Source: Nitrospirales bacterium
GTDB taxonomy: Bacteria; Nitrospirota; Nitrospiria; Nitrospirales; UBA8639
DNA length: 64,000 bases
Assembly: GCA_965203295.1 (NCBI GenBank)
Contig: CBDBCZ010000010.1
Coordinates: forward strand, 64,001-128,000
Reading direction: 5' to 3'
This document shows, piece after piece, positions 63,520 through 64,000 of this stretch; position 1 is the stretch's first letter; each line of letters opens with the position of its first letter. The notes under the pieces were generated by a model. The model saw only the letters and a list, made by a program, of their open reading frames with translations. It was not told the DNA's origin and made no database searches. Both the position numbers and the translations under genes were made by a program.

Positions 63520-64000
63520 AACGAACAGCAATGCAGAGATAGGCAACACCAATACAGATTTGGGTAGCATCAATACAGAGATGGGCAACACAAATAGAAA
63601 TGGGCAACACAAATACAGAAATTGTCAACACAAGTAGGGAAATGGGCAACACCAGTACAGAGATGGGCAACACAAATATGCGGACCAGCAACACCATCGT
63701 AGATATAGGCAACACCAATACAGAGATGCATGGACAACAGCAGTACAGAGATAGGCAACAACAACAAAGAGATGGATAACACCAGTAACAGAGATGGGCA
63801 ACACCAATACAGGGATGGGCAACACCAATAGAGATAGGCAACACCAGTACAGAGATGGGCAACACCACTACAGAGATGGGCAATGCTAATACAGAGATGG
63901 GCAACGCTAATACAGAGATGGGCAACTCCAATACAGATATGAGCAACACCAATACAAAGATGGTGACACCAATAGATATAAGCAACACCAATACAGAGAC
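63520..64000. repeat. 21-bp minisatellite (GCAACACCAATACAGAGATGG), runs off the window end
   Basis: More than 20 variant copies. It explains the hydrophobic repetitive ORFs. Confidence 0.95.

Overview
This is eukaryotic (animal) DNA: GT-AG introns, (CA)n microsatellites and animal-type transposons. The element mix suggests a marine invertebrate such as a sponge, but that is inference. The window is almost entirely a nested transposon graveyard and I recognise no intact housekeeping gene. DNA transposon remnants: piggyBac (3 transposase relics plus 4 TTAA-flanked non-autonomous elements), CACTA/EnSpm (2), Tc1/IS630 DD34E, Transib/RAG1-core-like, MULE, hAT, IS3EU-type, P-element and a Kolobok-type MITE. 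Tyrosine-recombinase elements: Crypton and DIRS. Non-LTR retrotransposons: two CRE-clade elements with a restriction-like endonuclease (one with an intact 1036-aa ORF) and RTEX/L2-type fragments. Also present: an IRAK/Pelle-like kinase pseudogene, a tRNA-Thr-like unit and several minisatellites. The best candidate for an undescribed system is a complete TA-flanked Tc1/IS630 element (25748-29034). It carries, convergent to its transposase, an intact two-exon cargo gene of about 366 aa (PB1-like N-part, SHOCT-like C-terminus) that the ORF track only partly shows. Next are the intact CRE element with a structured 5' leader, and the RAG1/Transib-like and Crypton relics. All family assignments come from motif recognition by eye, not database searches. 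Boundaries of degraded relics are approximate.
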